A stretch of 64,000 nt of DNA from Hemiscyllium ocellatum (lineage: Eukaryota): positions 13,733,201 to 13,797,200 of the forward strand of contig NC_083435.1 in NCBI RefSeq assembly GCF_020745735.1. Reading direction: 5' to 3'. The position numbers and the translations under genes were made by a program. Below are positions 61,500 to 64,000 of the stretch, one piece after another. Position 1 is the first letter of the stretch. Every line of letters begins with the position of its first letter. The notes beneath the pieces are model-generated. The model was given only the letters and a program-made list of their open reading frames with translations. It did no database searches and was not told where the DNA came from.

Positions 61500-63500
61500 A
61501 CAACTAGTATGTTTTAAAAAAAACCAGCATGAATTTTTGAAAGGCAACTCATGGTTAACAATTCTACAGAAGTTTTTGGGGAGATGTATCGAGTAGATTA
61601 CATGAAGGAAACCTGTGATTGTAGTCTAGTTGGATTTCAAAAGGCTCCTGCTGAAGAGCTTAGTGGTCAAAGTGGTCAATGAGATAGAGGAAATACATTA
61701 GCATGGATTACAAATTGATTGGCAGACAGGAAGCAGAATGGGAAAAATTGTGCACGCAATGCCTAGTGGGATACCAGGTAAATTAATGTTGAGCCCCAAT
61801 TTCTCATGATATATATAAATGGTCTGGAAGAGGGACCTAAATGCAATATTTCCAAGTTTGCTGATGACACAAAAGTGGGCAGAATTGTGATCATGGTTAT
61901 GAAAAGAATGCAAGATGATTTCAAGGATATATAGACAAGTTGAGTGAATGGCGAAGCACGAGGCAGTTGACGTACAGTGTGGCTAATTGACGTTACACAC
62001 TTAGGCATGAAAAACAGAAAGGAAATGTATTATTTAGGAGTGATTTATTGGTAATTATCAAAGGGGATCTGTATGTCTTTATACACGAGTCAATGAATGC
62101 AGACAGATGCAGCAAGTAACTGTGAAGCTGAATGGTATATTGGTATTCATGGCAAGAGGAGAAAGTGAGGTCTGCAGATGCTGGAGATCAGAGCTGAAAA
62201 TATGTTGCTGGAAAAGCGCAGCAGGTCAGGCAGCATCCAAGGAACAGGAAATTTGACGTTGGTTTGGTATTCAGAAATAAGGGTATTTTATTGCAGTTAT
62301 ACAGAGCTTTGGTCAGATCGCACTTGCAGTATTTCATGCAGTTTTGGTCTCCCCACATCATAGAAGATATACTTGCCAAAGAGGGAATGCAGCATAACTT
62401 CACTTGGTTGATAGTGGGGACAGGAGGATTGTCCTGTGAAGAGAGATTGGTTCAATTGGTCCAGTATTCACTCGAATTTGGAAGGATGAGAGAGGATCTT
62501 ATTGGATTATGCAAAACTCTAACATGGCTAGACAGATTAGATGCAAGAAGGATTTTTTTTCCTTGGTCGGGGATTTTAGACACGGGTACAGTCTCAAGAT
62601 ATGGGGTAGACCATTTAGGATTGTGGTGTGTTATGACACAGCAGTGAATCCCTCTGCTAGATAAACCAAACACCTAGAAAAACTCGCCTTGCCTTGTAAT
62701 CTGCTAAATTATGAGTAATAGAGAGTTCACAAACTCCACTATTTAAAGAAGATTGCATCAATTTATTTTTAACTCCAAAAGTTAAAGAATATTAAACAAC
62801 AACTATTCACAAATCTAAGCCCCTCTTTCTCTTCACTGCTTATTACCCGCTTCTGACTCTATAACAATATGCTGCTCCAATAAGACACTTATTAAAATTA
62901 CATCAACTTAATTTCAAAAACCACACTTCAACTGTCATCTTTTGTGACTTTACTCTTCTGGTTTCTAAGTTCTCTGTGTCGATTTCTTTCTTTTGAATGT
63001 GAGCATGTTTCATATAAAAAGATAGCACATATAAAAATGTATCTTTAGTAGAGAGGTTTCTTAATTTTTTTTGGGTCTGTCTCGATGTCAGTTGCTCTCC
63101 CTCTAATTTTCAAACTGCCCGCATTTTTATACCCCCAACATCAGATTGTGTCATTGGTTCAATGTTGGCAAAAGAATAAATTCGAATCCAGTTGTGTTTT
63201 GGTATCCTGGGGCATAATTTAAACTGATTGGTTACATTTGAATTGCAATCAAATCGGCAACTAAAACTCAGGTATCTATTTCACAACCAAATGTTATATA
63301 TTTTCAATTTTCCAGTTCACTCTGCGAATGCCACCTAGTCATAAACACAGGTACGTGTAAGCTCGCAGTTCAGAACAGCATGCACTCTCTCTTGAAGGTA
63401 CAGCATACTCCTTCAACTTCATAACAGATGAGAAAAGAAAAGTCTTCCCCTGAAAGAGAGTGAACCTTTGGAACTCTCGACCGCGGAAGGCTATGGAGGC
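61500..63500 (+). mobile_element. Old CR1-like LINE remnant interrupted by a short Penelope repeat (62160-62240) and a solo LTR
   Basis: [11 protein letters not shown] at about 61850 and LYRALVRSHLQY..QFWSP at 62290-62350. Confidence 0.75.
62629..63426 (-). mobile_element. Probable solo LTR, 798 nt
   Basis: Begins TGTTATGA and ends TCATAACA (perfect 8-nt terminal inverted repeat). Flanked by GGTG / GATG (4-nt duplication with one mismatch). The host LINE resumes on both sides. TATA-like TATAAAAA on the minus strand near 63123-63130. Confidence 0.65.
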
Positions 63501-63519
63501 CAAGTCACTGAAAATACTC

Positions 63520-64000
63520 AGTTATTTTGTCATTTACATAAATGATTTGGATGCGAGCATAAGAGGTACAGTTAGTAAGTTTGCAGATGACACCAAAATT
63601 GGAGGTGTAGTGGACAGGGAAGAGGGTTACCTCAGATTACAACAGGATCTGGAACCAGATGGGCCAATGAGCTGAGAAGTGGCAGGTGGAGTTTAATTCA
63701 GGTAAATGCGAGGTGCTGCATTTTGGGAAAGTAAATCTTAGAAGGACTTATACACTTAATGGTAAGGTCCTAGGGAGTGTTGCTGAACAAAGAGACCTTG
63801 GAGTGCAGGTTCATAGCTCCTTGAAAGTGGAGTTGCAGGTAGATAAGATACTGAAGAAGGCATTTGGTATGCTTTCCTTTATTGGTCAGGGTATTGAGTA
63901 CAGGAGTTGGGAGGTCATGTTGCAGCTATACAGGACATTGGTTAGGCCACTGTTGGAATATTGTGTGCAATTCTGGTCTCCTTCCTATTGGAAAGATGTT
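63520..64000 (+). mobile_element. Younger CR1 RT fragment running off the window
   Basis: [27 protein letters not shown]..., nearly identical to the reverse copy at 54140-54280. Confidence 0.92.

Overview
This is vertebrate genomic DNA, almost certainly from a cartilaginous fish (inferred from the HE1/V-SINE, Deu-type SINE, CR1 and Penelope repeat content). Most of the window is decayed retroelements. Hidden among them is one complete, intact multi-exon plus-strand gene that the ORF track shows only in pieces: leader 34758-34815, Ig V exon 37451-37792, TM exon 38801-38920, a 29-nt cytoplasmic micro-exon 46730-46758 and a terminal exon 52701-52829. Spliced by hand these give 678 nt and 225 aa with no stop or frameshift. 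The product is a single-V-domain type I receptor with an uncharged TM and two ITIM-type motifs. It combines an NKp30/CD28-family germline-joined VJ domain with a PD-1-like exon plan and a PD-1-like CxPxxxEYATI tail. Other observations: a probable leader exon of a divergently oriented paralog at 960-1020 (minus); a candidate cassette exon whose splice donor is covered by an intronic antisense copy; a second TM-like reading frame in the last intron; Penelope-derived minimal hammerhead ribozyme motifs of three sequence families, one copy intact; CR1 copies with identical tracts bracketing the ectodomain and tail modules; and a nested CR1/Penelope/minisatellite insertion. All calls are by eye with no database search. 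Repeat boundaries are approximate, exon coordinates were counted base by base, and human reference motifs are quoted from memory.
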